Shown: in pieces, positions 26,845-41,770 of the stretch
How the letters are laid out: the number at the start of each line of letters is the position of its first letter
Position numbering within the stretch: position 1 is the stretch's first letter
From: Nageia nagi
Lineage: Eukaryota; Plantae; Pinophyta
NCBI GenBank assembly: GCA_050084985.1
Contig: JBITNC010000001.1
Location: 15,190,001-15,254,000 of the forward strand
Direction: 5' to 3'
Length of the DNA: 64,000 nucleotides
The notes under the pieces: model-generated
The model's input: the letters and a program-made list of their open reading frames with translations, nothing else
What the model was told of the DNA's origin: nothing
Databases searched by the model: none
Position numbers and translations under genes: made by a program

Positions 26845-29470
26845 CTTCATTTTTTGTATCTATAAATAGGGACTTCCTTTACTACTTTAGGAGAGGATAA
26901 AATATTGTAATGTTATGCTACCATTTTGAGCACTCATAATAGAAAACATTCCATTTACTCTATAACTCTATTATTTTCATTCTCTTCCTCTTGTTAAGAT
27001 ACTTTGAATGACTCTAACTACTTGTGCACTTATCTTGAAGCTAGTTTAAGGCATTTTTCATTGTTAATGTTTATTTTCTAGCTATTGGGTACTAATTAAT
27101 TCCTTTTTTAATGATTTCAATCATGAGATATCTTAGTTTGCTTTCTTGTTTCCCTATTTTGGATCATAGACAAGTATGAATGCTTAAGTATTTCTCTTCT
27201 ACCTCATGATTTTCCTTGTTCAAATTATGTTCAAACTTTATATCTCCTTGCACTTGTTGAATTTATATTACATGCTCTATCTTATCTATCCCAAACCTTC
27301 CTCTTCAACATCATGTTTCAATCTTTTCAAGATCTTTCCTTGCTCATCGAGTGTATTTTATCACCTTGTATCATATTGTTCCTTATTATGTCAAGTAATA
27401 CCTTAGTTCATTGTATCATTCCTTCCAATGTTGTGTTGTTCCTTAGTATGATATGTTAGGACTATATAGCCAATCAGTTGACATTATCACTCTTATAACT
27501 GAACACTTAGTGCTTTTCTTATCATGTTGCATATTCATAGGCTTTTCTAAGTGTTTTTCCTACCTTCTTGCATCATGTTTAAACATATACTGATATCACT
27601 ACACTTATCATACAACAATCAACATTTATCATAGCTTTTTTATGACTTTGTAGGACTTCATCTGGTTTCATTTACATTTTATTATTGTGTTGCATTTTGA
27701 TAACTTTGTAGCTAATGTCACCACTTCAAAAGTGGAGTAGACCTACTTTTACTCTTCATGTACCAATTTGGGAAAATATTTGTTGACATCACCACTCTTG
27801 TCTCTTAGTATTTAATTATTTTCTTGCCTTTTGGTATTGTATTCAATTTTTAGTTGACATCATCACTTCTTCTCATGCAACACTCAGTTTCATTTTCCTT
27901 ATCGATGTTTTGCAAGACTTTAGCTAACAACAGTTACCTTTATCATCCAATGTTCAATGTATTTCACCCCACCTTAGCTCAAAACCTCTTTAGATGATGT
28001 CATCACCCCTTACACTACTTCTAATATCTTAAAACCAATATAGTTTATGTCATAGTGGTTCATCACTTGGAATTACATTATTTGCTTTCTTCCTGAGCCT
28101 TAACTCTTATTTAGCTGACATCATCATTGATGTGAACATAGAATTTCATTGAAGGCCTATTTCCTTATTATATGTTTACATCATCATATGAAACATGTTG
28201 TTTTAGGTTATTTGGTCAAATAATTGATTTCCTCTCTTGGTGAGACTGTTCTCCTAGGATTTATCATTATCTCCTAAGAACTTTCAAATTCACCATTTAT
28301 TGTCCTAGATTAAGGCATTAACCCTTGAAATCTTTACTAATTCCTTCATCTCATAGATAGAATTGGCATAAAAACAATTAAAATTAAGGGGGATAATGAA
28401 ATATTATAATATTTCATGATTTTTAATTTTAATATATTGACATCAACAACTCACACTCCAATGATTAGCACATTTAATTGCCTCAACAACCTATAGTACC
28501 AACCATTAATGAGTTACAATTTCCTAAGATCCACCATTAATATATTGTAAGCTTATAAATGAATATTTCATGATTCTATAAGGAATTATAATGCTTCTTC
28601 AATTCTTTGTTCTTGACCAACATGGTTACACATCTTGTTTGCAGACTATGTGTGGATTTCCTAAGCGAATTTTTTACTTCCACAAAATTTTACTTGGAGT
28701 CTTAAACATTAAATTACAAAGTCCAAGGTATATATATAAGGACATTATTGCATTGTAAAGATATATGATTCTAGATTTTTGTATTCATTCTTTACATGTA
28801 ACAGAAAGAGAAAATCACTATGCATCTTTCCTTACATTTATGTGCTTGTATTTCATATTCTATTAGGTGTATATGATTAGAAATAACTTCTATCATGTTA
28901 TATATCAAATATGGAGATGGATTAATGTTATATTCACAAATTTCATAGTATTTTAGCCTAGTGGATAGTTATTATATTTTTATTTCATGCATTAGATATA
29001 GATATATCTATGTTTGTGTTTTGTCACCTTGTAATGGGTGTGTAGCAAGTCAATTTTCTTGTGATGAATATAACATTTATTCTAATCTACACTTAGTATG
29101 ATTCCATTTGTGTTGTATTTTCATTTAATATAACTCTTCAACCATATATGATGCATCATACTTTGTATTGTAAAATCACCACAAATAGTAATTTCCCATT
29201 GTGCTTGTACCCAGTCTTACTCAGTTGTAGTCTATTAATACATTCACTTCCTCCTTATATTATCCACACTTATATATATTCATTATTTATGGGTATATTA
29301 TTTCTATAAATTATACTTATTTCACTTTAAATCCAAATATAACATGACATCCTTTGAGTACAAATCACCCATTTTCTAAATTGTTCTTTTGGTACTATTC
29401 ATACAGTCATGTTCTAATGACCTAGAAAATACATTATAGTTTGCGAAGAATAGTTAGAGATTGAAATTTC
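26845..29470. repeat. Highly degraded LTR-element debris
   Basis: TATA-like ctataaataggg at ~26860; PPT-like ttaaggggga at ~28384-28393; no recognisable coding domain. Confidence 0.3.
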
Positions 29471-29474
29471 CTTT

Positions 29475-30788
29475 TATGATGATCCCAAACCATTAGCTCA
29501 TGCTCAAATAATCCCTTAGAGAGTTATGTTTTCCTTTATCCTTCATATCTCACCATTTAAACATAAAATAATACAAAACATCGAATTTGTAGCAATGAAT
29601 GGAAAGAATGAAGTAAACAATCTATAATTATATGTAATTTCCCAACATAGGTAATTAGGAAGAAAACATGGTAAAACTACCAAGACATACTTATAGATCT
29701 AACATCTCACTCCAAAGTTCAAATACTCAATAAACAACAAATAACCAAGATTTTATGTCAATGTTTAGGTATATTAAGCAAACACACTTGAAATGATAAC
29801 AAATAATGGAATTATATTGATATAGCAATGAAGATCTCAATTACATATATTTTGAACCTAAGGATGTTACACCAAGATTACCTCCAATAGGGTTATTATA
29901 GATGGCTCCAATATCTCACCAATCATAGCAGCGATAAGGCATAGCCCAAGGCTTCCCTACCTCTATTCGAATGGAATAACCATAGTTCCTCTCCTGAACA
30001 ACTAGAGTAAACAAGAGGCTAACATTCAATCACCTCAATACCTCAAATTCAAATCAATACCTATAAGTGGAAAATATAGACTTCTCACACTTATTCCAAA
30101 AATGAGGATTTAATCATATATTCATCATGTATCATGTGTTCTAAGTGTCCTCCTTTTATAGATGAAATGGTTGATCTTCTAATCTCGAGTTGAGTTGATC
30201 CAATGACTTACAAGAGTGATTTGTTTGTTATCAATCCCAACATCCAAGATAAGATGTGTTAGTATGGGATTAATCACATCTAAGGGCCAAGAATACCAAA
30301 TTTTTACAAGGTGAGACTTCAAGGTACCTCGATATCAATGTCGTGAGCTAGAAAGCCTCCAAGAGTATGATGTGGGATCCTAGGGATGCTTAATGCTCAA
30401 TGTAGGGATCTATATGGCATCCTTAACCCAACATCCAAGTTTGGGGAGGCTTTCAATGTAAATATATCTTCAATAATTCCACATCCAAGTATAGGAGTCT
30501 TTATAGTTCCTCAAAGTCAATGTAATCACCTATATGGATGCTCTAACTTGAAGAGGGAAGCATTAATGAAAAGGGGATCATATAATGCCAATATTACAAT
30601 CATCAAGCCAAGGAATATGCAAGGCCTTATTATTGGAGAATAATATTATATTTACAATAATAATGTACTTGGTATCATAAATACATCATTATTTCCATAT
30701 TTGGACACTCAATTATACATAATATACTAATGAAAGGCCCAACATTCCATAATTGGAGTACTAGACTACTCTCCAAGTGGAACTTACA
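29475..30788 (-). repeat. 3' LTR of element D
   Basis: Aligns with 39990-40975 over ~1 kb and, inverted, with the ends of 20066-21299; tctataaaaggagg on - strand near 30155. Confidence 0.8.
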
Positions 30789-30965
30789 ATTAATTGACCA
30801 AATAACACATAAAATAGGCAAAAGTACTCATGATATAATGCTCCCAAATTACTTGTTCCCAAATAATTCAAAACATCCATGGTTGTAGTAGAGTTCTCTT
30901 GATCCTCTCTATATTCCTCATTGTTGATTCAAGAATCAATAAACTCTAGCTTCCTCTTTTGTCCA

Positions 30966-31369
30966 TGTTAGGATCCCACATCTTAACATTTTAGTGTTAG
31001 TATTAGTATTTTATTAAATTATCCACCTATATTGTAATATTATGATTGTAAGGGTGAGGTTTGATTTTGCATTACTGTTAGAGTTAGGGTTAGTTTAATA
31101 TAAATAGATAGAAGTGTGTGAAGAAAGGCATCTTGAACATTATTTTTCATATTTGGAGTTGTAAGGAGGTAGCCCCCTCAAAGTGGCCTATGATTCTATT
31201 ATTATTAAATAAAATCTTATTCTTATCTGCTTATTGATGCTATTTCATATTCTATTTACTAGTGCATGCTTTGTTATTTCCAATAGATAGTTATCATTTT
31301 CCTATTTCAAATCAATATTCATTTCATTTCTACAATATTTCCCTTTTTCATATTTGTAGCATCATAACA
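30966..31369 (+). repeat. 5' LTR of element E
   Basis: tgttaggatccc...cataaca, followed by the Met PBS. Confidence 0.95.
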
Positions 31370-32399
31370 TCTGGTATCAAAGCTCTTTCCAGGGCCATTC
31401 TATTGTAGGAAAATAAAAAAACAAATTAGAGGTCTAGGCTAGAAACCTTGTACTAGGGGTTTTAAAATATCTAGGAGGATCTATCATTTTTGGCTAAGCA
31501 CACTTGCCCATAAAGTTGTTTGTGAAATGAGGTGCAAAAAAAACTCTACACTAATACCCAAGCCTTAGATAGAACCCTGCATAGGATTTGACTCCACATA
31601 CCAAAAGGTATATCAAAGACTATCTAGGCTATAAATGAAAACTTAGTAGGAAGCTATGTCGACCATCTATAAATTGTAGTGCACTAGCAAGTGCTATTGG
31701 AAAGTTACTTGTCACAGAAGCCATGTTTGTAGCCTCTTTCCTTGTGAAAGTTGGATAGGAGGGGTGTTTAGACAAGCTTATAAAGCAGATAATCCTTACC
31801 CTAGAATCATTCCTTCACATAAAAAACCTTGATTCGGGAAGCAAAATGTATGACATGCAATTTTGTAGAGCCCCCAAAAATAGTAATTCAAAGTAGCAAA
31901 AGCTTAGAGCAAATAACTAAAAATCTATATCATTTCAATAATTTTTAACAAAAGCAAATAGACCCATAGATGTAAAAAAGAGTCTGAGGGTTCAAAAATC
32001 ATCATTAGGATACCTATTCCATTGTGATCATCTTTTTGAGATGATTGTTTTTATATATTACACCCATACACTTTTTTGAGAACTTTATAAAAATAGTTTT
32101 TAAAAATAGCAATTTCTAGAAATATGAGCTTCAAAAATAGCAATTTTTAGAAATGGCATTTGAAATAGGATCCCAAACAGTAGCACAAGCTAATCCTACC
32201 ATGATTACATTTCAAACTATGATCCAACAAATGGTAGATACACTTACCAATACATTCATAGCAAAAATTTGATAAACATAGACACAAATACAAACCCTTG
32301 ATAGTAAATGTGATAGTGTTCAATTAAGCCTCAGTCATACCAATAATGCATTCAGTTCATAGCAATCAAGGTAGTCAAGAAATCCATAAGGGTACCATC

Positions 32400-35300
32400 A
32401 TAACTTTTAGAGCCAACAAGGTGGTTTCATTCTTCCCTACATAATCAAATTGGATTTTCCTTGATTTGATGGAGATAATCCCAATGGTTGGATTTATAAA
32501 GCTGAATAGTATTTCACATTGAACCAAATCCTAGAGGATTTGAAGGTGTACATGGCATATTTTCATTTGGACCGTGAGGCTCTCTAATGGCACTATTGGT
32601 ACTCCAAAACACATCCTACTCCTTCATGGGATGAATTCACTCAATAATTATTGATCCATTTTGGTCCTAGTGACTATGAAGACTTCACAAGGGCATTAAC
32701 CAAGTTACATCAAACTACAATAGTCAAAGAATACCAAAATTAGTTTGAGAAATTGGAAAATCACATAGAGGGGTTGGATAATGCATTTTTCACAAGTTGT
32801 TTTATTAGTGGATTAAAAGAAGAAATTAAACCAAAGGTTAAAATGTTTAATCCCAAAACTATGATGGATGCTATTTCCTTGGAAAAGCTTGCTAAAAATA
32901 AAGCCAATGCTCATCGATGAAATGTAAGACCTCCATTCACCAAAACACTAATATTTCCCACTCCTCTAATAACACAAGTGCCCCACCACCAAATCACACA
33001 ATGCAAACTAAGAAGTTGAAATGGAAGAAATGGAAGAGTATTGAAAGAAGGGCTTGTGCTATAATTATATGAGAAATTTGTTTTTGGTCATCATTGTACA
33101 CAAAAAAAGTTATATTTACTTGATGTTGATGCTCCTAGTGAGGAGGAATATGAGAATGCACCTAAAGAGGCTACAGAGAAAATTCCAAATGAGGAGGTAT
33201 TACTTATCTCTTATAATGCACTAGTAGGAATTACCACTCCTCAAACTATAAAGGTCAAAGGGTTATTTAAAAAGTGCCCTCTCATAATATTGTTGGATTC
33301 AGGAAGTACTCATAATTTCATTGATCCATGAGTGGCTAAGGTTGCTGATTGTTACATCCACCCTACAAATAATTTTAAGGTTATGGTTGGTAATGGAGGA
33401 AAAATTACATGTAAAGGCACATGTCATAATGTCAAACTAAGCATGGAACACTATACCTTGAAAAGTGACATGTATGCTTTACCACTTGGGGGATGTGATA
33501 TAGTTTTAGGGGTATAATGGCTAAGGAATTGGGAACCATATAGTGACATTTTGTAGAGCTATGGATGAATTTTAAAATAGATGAATAAGAGCATAATCTC
33601 AGGGGATTACATGGTGGATCTGTATAAATGTGAGCTCATATCGCATGGAAAAGATCCTACAAAAAATTGGGAAAGGGATTCTGGCATAATTACACTCTTT
33701 ATCAATCACCAAATCTAAAATCATAGAGCCTAAGGATCTATAGCCCATCTTAAGAAAGCATTCAAGCACCTTTGAGTAACCAAGGGGCTTACCACCCTAG
33801 CAATCACATGATCATGCTATCCAATTGGTTTTGGGAAGTCACCCACCAAACATTCATCCTTATTGATATCCTTGTTTACAAAAAAATGAAATTGAAAAAT
33901 TGGTTAAGGAACTATTGGATGCAAGAGTAATCTGACCTAGCATAAGCCCATATTCTTCTCCAATTATTTTGGTTCATAATAAAGATGGTTCTTGGTGTAT
34001 GTGTGTGTATTTCAAGGCCCTAAACAAAATTAACATCAAGGACAAATTTCCCATCTCGTTCATTGATGAATTATTGGATGAACTGCATGGGGTAAGATAT
34101 TTTTCTAAGCTAGACCTACAATCAGGGTATCACCAAATCTGGGTCAAGGAGGAGGATATACTAAAAACTATATTTTGCACCCATGAGGGCTATTATGAGT
34201 TTCTATTCATGCCTTTTGGCCTCACAAATGCTCCATCCATATTTCAAAATTTAGTGAATCAGTAGGTGTTTTGCCTATTCCTCAAAAAGTTCATTTTAGC
34301 TTTCTTTGATGATATCTTGATCTATAGTAAGACATGGAAAGAACACATGGCACATGTTGACCAAACCTTACAAATCTTGAAGGAACACTAGCTATATGCA
34401 AAAAAATCAAAATGTTCATTTAGTAAGAGGGAAATTGATTACTTAGGCCATGTTATATCCAAAGAGGGAGTTAAGGTGGATCCATAAAAGATTATTGACA
34501 TGTAGAATTGGTCTGAGGATTGTTGGGATTGACATGCTATTATAAGAAATTTGTGAAGGATTATGGAAAGATTGTAGCACCTCTAACCATGTTGTTGAAA
34601 AAGAATGCATTCCAATGGTCTCCTCAAGCTGAGGTAGCTTTCCTTAAGCTTAAGGAGGTGATGTGTACCACCCATATATTAGCAAATGCCTAATTTTTTT
34701 AAAACCTTTGTGATATAAAGTGATGCTTATGGAGTAGGAATTAGGGTAGTATTAATGCAGGAGGGGCATCCCTTGGCATTCACTAGTAGAGCACTCTTTG
34801 GAAAAAATTTGCGTAAATCCACTTATGAAAAAGAAATGCTTACCATCATTCATGTAGTTCAACATTGGAGACCATATCTCATTGGTTGCCATTTCATCAT
34901 CCTCACAGATCATCACAATTTGAAATTTTTCATTGAGCAACGCATTTCTATGCCTAAGCAACAAAAATGGGTGACCAAACTACTAGGGTATGATTATGAG
35001 ATAGTATACCATAAAGGTAAGGAGAATGTGGTTGTTGATGCTTTGTCCAAAAAATTTGAAGATCAAGTAGCACTATAAGCTCTTTCATCTCCTATTCCTT
35101 AATGGTTGGATAAAGTTAAACAAGAGTGGGTAGAATATAGCTTCACCTAGGAATTACTAAAATAAATCACTCAAGACCCCATGATTAAACCATACCATAC
35201 ATGGCATGATGGTATTTTGAGATTCAAAGGTCGAATTTTGTTACCATATCCTTCAAAATGTAAATTAGAAATACTTACCAATTTGCATTACACACCTATA

Positions 35301-36520
35301 TCAAGACATGAAGGACTTTTGAAAACTTATAAGCGAGTGGCATGGTCATTCTATTGGATAGGTATGAAATTAGATATCAAGCAGTTTGTGGTAGCTTGTG
35401 ATGTATGTCATTGACAAAAGGTGAGATAGTGGGTACTCTAGGACTCCTTCAACCTCTCCCCATACCTACTCATACATGGATCAATATCTTAATGGATTTC
35501 ATTGAAGGCCTTCCTAAAACTCATGGTAAATTAGTTATTCTAGTGGTGGTTGATTAGTTATCCAAATATGCTCACTTTGGCTCATTGGCTCATCCCTACA
35601 AAATAGTGATAGTGGCATAATTATTCTTAGATACAATTTTCAAACTACATGGCATGCTAGAGATAATTTTTAGTGATCATGATCCCACTTTTACAAGTCA
35701 TTTTGGTAAGAGCTTTTTAAACTGTAAGGTACCCAAGTAAACATGAACTCAGCATATCACCCATAAATTGATGGTTAGACTAAAATTGTCAATAAACACT
35801 TGGAAACATATTTATGTTGTTTTGCTTTAGCACAACCTATGCATTAAGTATGATGGCTTCCCTTGGCCAAGTGGTGGTATAAAAACATCTTATCATTCTA
35901 CCAACAAGATGACCCCCTATGAAGTAGTGTATGGTCAAGCTCCACCAACAGTCACCTTGTATGTTGCAGGTACTAGTAAAGTTTAGGTAGTTGACTTAGA
36001 TTTAGTTATGTAGGATGATATTCTTCATTTTCTCAAGGATAATCTTCAAATATCCCAACACTATATGAAATAATAGGCTGATCAGCAACATGTGGAAAGG
36101 GAGTTTCAGGTAGATGACATGGTCTTTTTAAGGCTACAACCTTATCGCTAGAAATCCTTAAAAATAAAAGGCCCTCAAAAATTGGCCCTAAAGTTTTATG
36201 TCCATACAAGATGTTACAACGCATTGGCCTAGTTGCATATAAATTAGAGCTTCCTGCTTCTTCTACAATTCACCCAATGTTTCATGTCTCTTACCTTAAG
36301 AAAGTGGTTGGATTAGAGGTTCAGGTTCAAACATAATTACTTGAGTTGGTAGAGGATGGATCAATGGTAGTTGTAACTGAGGTAATTCTAGATCAATGCT
36401 CATGATAGCTTTGTAATCACTCCATCATAGAAGTCCTTATGTAGTGGCAAGGCATGGCACCAGAAGATGCAACATGGGAAATCCTTCATCAGCTATAGCT
36501 TCAAGCTTTGAGGATAAAGC
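32400..36520 (+). pseudogene. gag-pol: gag-pol-chromodomain remnant of element E
   Basis: ORF fragments 33332-33517, 33969-34265 ([20 protein letters not shown]), 34755-35078 (YEKEML, TDH), 35181-35414 (INT zinc-finger region). Confidence 0.93.
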
Positions 36521-36541
36521 TTCATCCCAAGAGGGGTGGCA

Positions 36542-36945
36542 TGTTAGGATCCCACATCCTAACATTTTAGTGTTAGTATTAGTATTTTATTAAATTATTA
36601 GCCTATATTATAATATTATGATTGTAAGGGTAGGGCTCAATTTTGCATTACTATTAGGGTTAGGGTTAGTTTAATATAAATAGATAGAAGTGTGTGAAGA
36701 AAGGCATCTTGAACATTATTTTTTGCCTTTGGAGTTGTAAGGAGGTATCCCCATTGAAACAACTAGTGATTTTGTTACTATTTAATAAAATCTTATCCTT
36801 ATCTGCTTATTGATTCTATTTCATGTTCTATTTACCAGTGCATGCTCTATTATTTCCAATAGATAGTTGTCATTTTCCTATTTCAAATCAATATTCATTT
36901 CATTTCTACAATATTTCCCTTTTTCATATTTGTAGCATCATAATA
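36542..36945 (+). repeat. 3' LTR of element E
   Basis: tgttaggatccc...cataata; about 90% identical by eye to the 5' LTR, mostly transitions; preceded by PPT. Confidence 0.95.
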
Positions 36946-39900
36946 GTCAAGGCATGTTACCTTTGGATTTCATAGATGTATTCAAGTTAAGATTTTATGT
37001 TGCTACCAAATATTATTAATGCATAAAATCAACACCCTTGATTATGAACCTTTGCCCCTTGAAATAGAAAGTCACTTCATATAGCTAGAAATTTATTTTA
37101 ATATCTCCTAAAGGATACATCCATTGTACTCCAAGCATTACTTATTTCAAGCCTTCTTGATGGAAAACACAAAATTCATCCTCAAGAATGTAGTTTCCCA
37201 TCTTAATGCTAGGCCTCATTGTTTGATCACACAATGTATAGTTTCCATTGGCAACTCCATAATTTTGGTTGGAAGGTTATTCCTTGTTACAAAGCCTAGA
37301 TTAATGAAGCTTCTTATGGCTCCATTATCAATCATGATGAGAAGCTCTTCTATAGATGCTACTCCTTTAATTTTGATAGAACTATAATGTGGATATAAGC
37401 TATCTCTCCCCTTCATTATTTATATATTTGAAATAATATTCAAAAAGGAAAACTCCATTTTGATGGGTTTAGTTGTTGTGGTCCCTAATTTTCTTTGAAA
37501 TCTTCAACATGCACTAGATTCCTCTTCCAATAGCAAACTCTTGTTCTATTGGGTGTGGTGAGAGATTTACTCCTTCCACATCTAGATGGTTTCACAATTG
37601 TTACATTTGATTTTCCCTCTTGATTATTTGAATGTATCTCCCTCAAAGGTGCAAAAACACTCTCTTCCTATCCTTTAGTGACTTCAATGAATTCTCAAAA
37701 ACTTAATGTCTTTTTGATATCTTATGAAAGAGTTGAGTACACATGGAATAGCTTGCGTAAGGATGATGTAAGTGAAGTGTTATGTGTGATGTCTTCCTAT
37801 CTAGTCATTTCTTATTCCTTCTTTACATGTTTTCATTCCCTTTGGTGAATCTGTCCTTTGTAATCAGTTTTCACTATAGATGCTTTTCTAATGTGAAAAC
37901 CCTTATATTGGTCTTCACAATGATGGTATAAAGCCTAAAAATACTTACAAAAAATAATAAAATCTATAGTTTCTAGAGATATTTTGAATAAATACTTCAT
38001 TTTTTCTCAAACATGAAATGCCATGGTGAATAAGGATCAATTAGGATCAAATGACTTGGCTTGTATCACTTGTCTCAACCAACTGGTTGATGTTTGGAAT
38101 CAAGCTCTCCAAAAGTGGATGAACTAGTTCTGGTAAATGAAACTATGAGAAAGATCTTCACCAATCCAAAAATAGTTCTTCTTGGTGCTCAATTACCCCT
38201 CAAGTTCTCAATGCATGCCTTTAAATCATCTACCTTTGCAACAAACTCCTTTAAGGTGCCATGTTAGTCTCCAAGCTCTCCTTTTGCCAGCGTATCCCTC
38301 TTTCTCTCTAATATCAAATTTTGTCTCTTAGAAATGATGTGCTCTCCCTCTAGCCCAATTTTGGGCTTTATAGGGCTCAAGAATAATTTGAACTTTGCTT
38401 TCCATATTTGCATCATATTTTCCCTCCAAAATTCAAATTTTAAAAAAATTTAAATATAACACCTTAAATTAAATATAATAATTTCAAATTTAATTTTTTT
38501 ATTTTTCCTCTTTATTTATCCTAAATTAAATAAAATCCATAAATAATTATCAAACTTGAAATAAAATAATACAATTAAATATCTCAAACCTAAAATTTAA
38601 TTCCTTCCATGGTGGATAATTCAAACTAGGTGCTAAATTGATTAAGCTTGTGAGTTAGGGGCCTAAAAATCAACTTTGATTCATACTTTTTCTCCTTTGA
38701 GTTTAGTGTTCATACACAAATGGCATGAAACTTTGGATCAAATGCAAAATACTTCTAATTCTTTAGAAAACCATGCTGATATCTCAAACATTAAAGCTCT
38801 ACTAGCCAAATTTTATAATTTTATAGCAAGTTAACTCTCCTTAAAGCTCAATGTTTCCTCTCAAGCCTCCATTTTTTCATTACAAGGAAAAGATATGTTA
38901 AATTGTGAAATTTGACTCTCTTAGTAGTCAAACAAACTCTTCAACAATGTATAATGGACTCAAAAATGTAAATGATCCCTCTAGAAAGCAAACAAACCTC
39001 TAACTAGCTTCAATAATGCTCCTAAAACCTAGATGAACTATTTATGAGTCCAAAAATGAATAAATATCCATATTTTAGCCTCCCCATAAGCTAAAGGATC
39101 CTTTTATTCCCTTTAAACTCTTAAATAGTCCTCAAAATAGCTAGATTAACTGGATCTAGGGCCTCCTCAATATGAACAACTTGTCATATTGATGATTAAT
39201 GGCCAAAATATGTAATTAAACCCTTCTAAATATTGAACAAAGTTCTAAATGACCTTTAGAATTTGAATTAAAGATCCATAATAGTTGTATGAACACTCTT
39301 TAAGCCATATCTAAGCTTCCTTAGCCTAAATAAACCCTTATTCCTCCTTGAACTCATATCTAAGGATAATAATTCAAACTTGATAGGAAAGCTACAAAAA
39401 AATTAAAAATATACCTTTATCAAGTTGAACGATTCACTTGAGAGCCTTAGAATTCCAAAAATATGCTTAAGATAGCCTAATGAATTGCTCCAATATGAGA
39501 TATAGGATAGATCCTCAATGTTTGCTTCTTAGGTCCTCCAATTTACAAATTTGATGTCCTAATCTCCAACATTGCTTACTAGGTAGCCCATATTTGAAGT
39601 TTGGTACTTATAATTATAATAGTATATCCTTTGGATGAGATCCAATACCTTAAATATCAACATTAACTTCCTAGTATCTAGATGAGGTATATCCAAGTGC
39701 CAAAATGTTCTGGATATCCTTAGTTCTCACTCTCCTTGATTTCATAGTGATTCCAAGTTAAAACCATTATGGTATCTTAATTCTCTTTAGATCTTCCAAC
39801 ATGAAGATAAGATCTACTTCAGTAGCAACTCTCTAATAAGATGGAGAGATCTTCAAAATCCTCTAGAATTCTCCTCAGTAATTCTTACCTGATAGTAGAG

Positions 39901-39989
39901 CAAGATCTAGCTCTTCAAATCAAATCAAAATTATTTTGTGTGAAACACTTAATTCCAATAGGATGGCAAAATCAAGGCTTTAATATTTC

Positions 39990-40975
39990 TATGATGAACC
40001 TAAACTATTAGTTCATGCTCAAATGTTCCTTAGGAGAGGGATTTTTTTCTTTATCCTTTAGATCTCAACCATTAATCATAAAGTAATACAAAACATCCAA
40101 CATCTATCTATGAATGGAAAGAATAAAGTAAATAATCTATAATTATGCTTAATTGCCCAACATAGATGATTATAAAATCAAACATGATAAATAATGCCAA
40201 GACACACTTCCAGATCCAACATCTCACTTTAAAGTGAAAATGCTCAACAAACAATGAAAAAAATAAGATCTTATGTCAATGTTTAGGTATATTGAGAAAA
40301 CACACTCAAAATGATAACATATAATGGAATTATATTGATATAGCAATGGAAAGCTCAATTACTTATGTTTTAAACCTAAGGATCTTACACTAGGATTTCC
40401 TCTAATAGGGTTATTGCATATGGCTCTAGGACCTCACCAATTGTAGTATCAAAAATGTATATCCCAAGACTTCCCTACCTCTCTCTGATGGAACAACTAG
40501 AGTTCCTCTCCCAAATGAATGGAGCAAGCAAGAGCCTAGCCTTCAATCACCTCAAGATATCACATGCAAACTGGCACCTACAAGTGGTAAAGATATAGTT
40601 ATTACACTCAATCTAAAAGGGGGATTTAATCATATATTTAGCATGCCTTATGTTCTAATTGTCCTCCTTTTATAGATGAAATGGTTGATCTTCTAATATC
40701 GAGTTGAGTTGATCCAATAGATTACAAGAGTGATCTGTGCAATCTCAATACCAACATCCAATATAGGATGTCTTGGGATGGAAGTAATCACATATAAGGG
40801 CCAAGAATACCAATGTTATAAAAGGGGATAATACTTCAAGGTACCTCATCATCAATAACACTAGCTAGCAAGCCTCCAAGAGTATGACATGGGATCCTAG
40901 GGATGCCAAATGATCAACATAGGATTCTATATGCCCTCCTTAACCCAATGTCCAAGTGTGGGGAGCCTTTTGATG
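39990..40975 (-). repeat. 5' LTR of element D, truncated
   Basis: Direct repeat of 29475-~30455; similarity stops abruptly at ~40975. Confidence 0.8.
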
Positions 40976-40984
40976 CCTTGGGAT

Positions 40985-41770
40985 TGTTATTGCATAAAAT
41001 TTATCTATGCATTTAAATAAATACATTTTCTTACACTAATACACACCCAAAATATTTAATGTAATGATATCAATGGTTATCTTGAATATGATTATAATGC
41101 TAATGTTTATTTTGAATATGGTTATGATATTAATGGTTATCTTGAATTTTGTTATGTATTATGGGCTAACCCTATTTATATAGGTACATGTTGACCTAAG
41201 GAGTAGGTCATATTTTTATCTATATAAATAGGGATGTAATAGTAAGTCCACATCAAGGAGATACATGATCCAATATCTAGTCTTGGTGGTGGCAATCCTT
41301 TAGGTGTCTCTAAATGCTACCATTCAAGGCTATGGTTTGTGTACTTCTTACATGAGCTATTTTAACATTGATGATCTATATCAACATCACATCTTTATTC
41401 AAAAGATCCATATGAAAGTACTTAACTTGGTTTGAAAGCAAAAGGCATTCTGATGAAGATCATCGATGCTCCTTATCCATGCTAAAAACATCATTTATGC
41501 TCCTTTTGAACACCATATAGACCACCCATAGTCCTCTTTTTGCAATATTTTAGGTCACAGCTTCTAGATCAAGATTCTTCTATCATCACACATCAAATAT
41601 ATCATCATTCTTCAATGTTAGGTACACTTTGTAAGGTAAGTATACAAATCATAGTTCTTGATTGGTATTTTCATCCTAATTCTAGAGTGGCTATCTTCTT
41701 CATGTATTTTTCTATGTGGTCTAAATTGCTATCCATAGCTTGAAACAAGTATCTTTGTTTTACAATGATT
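40985..41770. repeat. LTR-like segment replacing the outer part of the element D 5' LTR; contains a 30-bp x3 tandem repeat at ~41066-41157
   Basis: Starts tgttattg; has TATA-like motifs in both orientations and the repeat unit gatatcaatggttatcttgaatatgattat; no partner LTR found. Confidence 0.4.

Larger units (their letters stand above)
30966..36945 (+). mobile_element. Element E: full-length decayed chromovirus (Reina-like Ty3/gypsy)
   Basis: 404-bp LTRs (30966-31369, 36542-36945); TSD gtcca/gtcaa; PBS tggtatcaaagc (31372-31383, tRNA-iMet); PPT aagaggggtggca; gag, LLDSGSTHNF protease, RT (FFDD ~34303), RH, INT, chromodomain (WQGMAPEDATWE ~36445-36480). Confidence 0.95.
29475..40975 (-). mobile_element. 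Element D: non-autonomous gypsy element with gag/protease only, host of element E
   Basis: Direct repeats 29475-30788 and 39990-~40975 (right copy truncated); degenerate Met-PBS (ggctttaatatt at ~39976-39987); aspartic protease remnant LLIMIDNGAIRSFI (37216-37416); no RT or INT seen between the LTRs. Confidence 0.7.
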
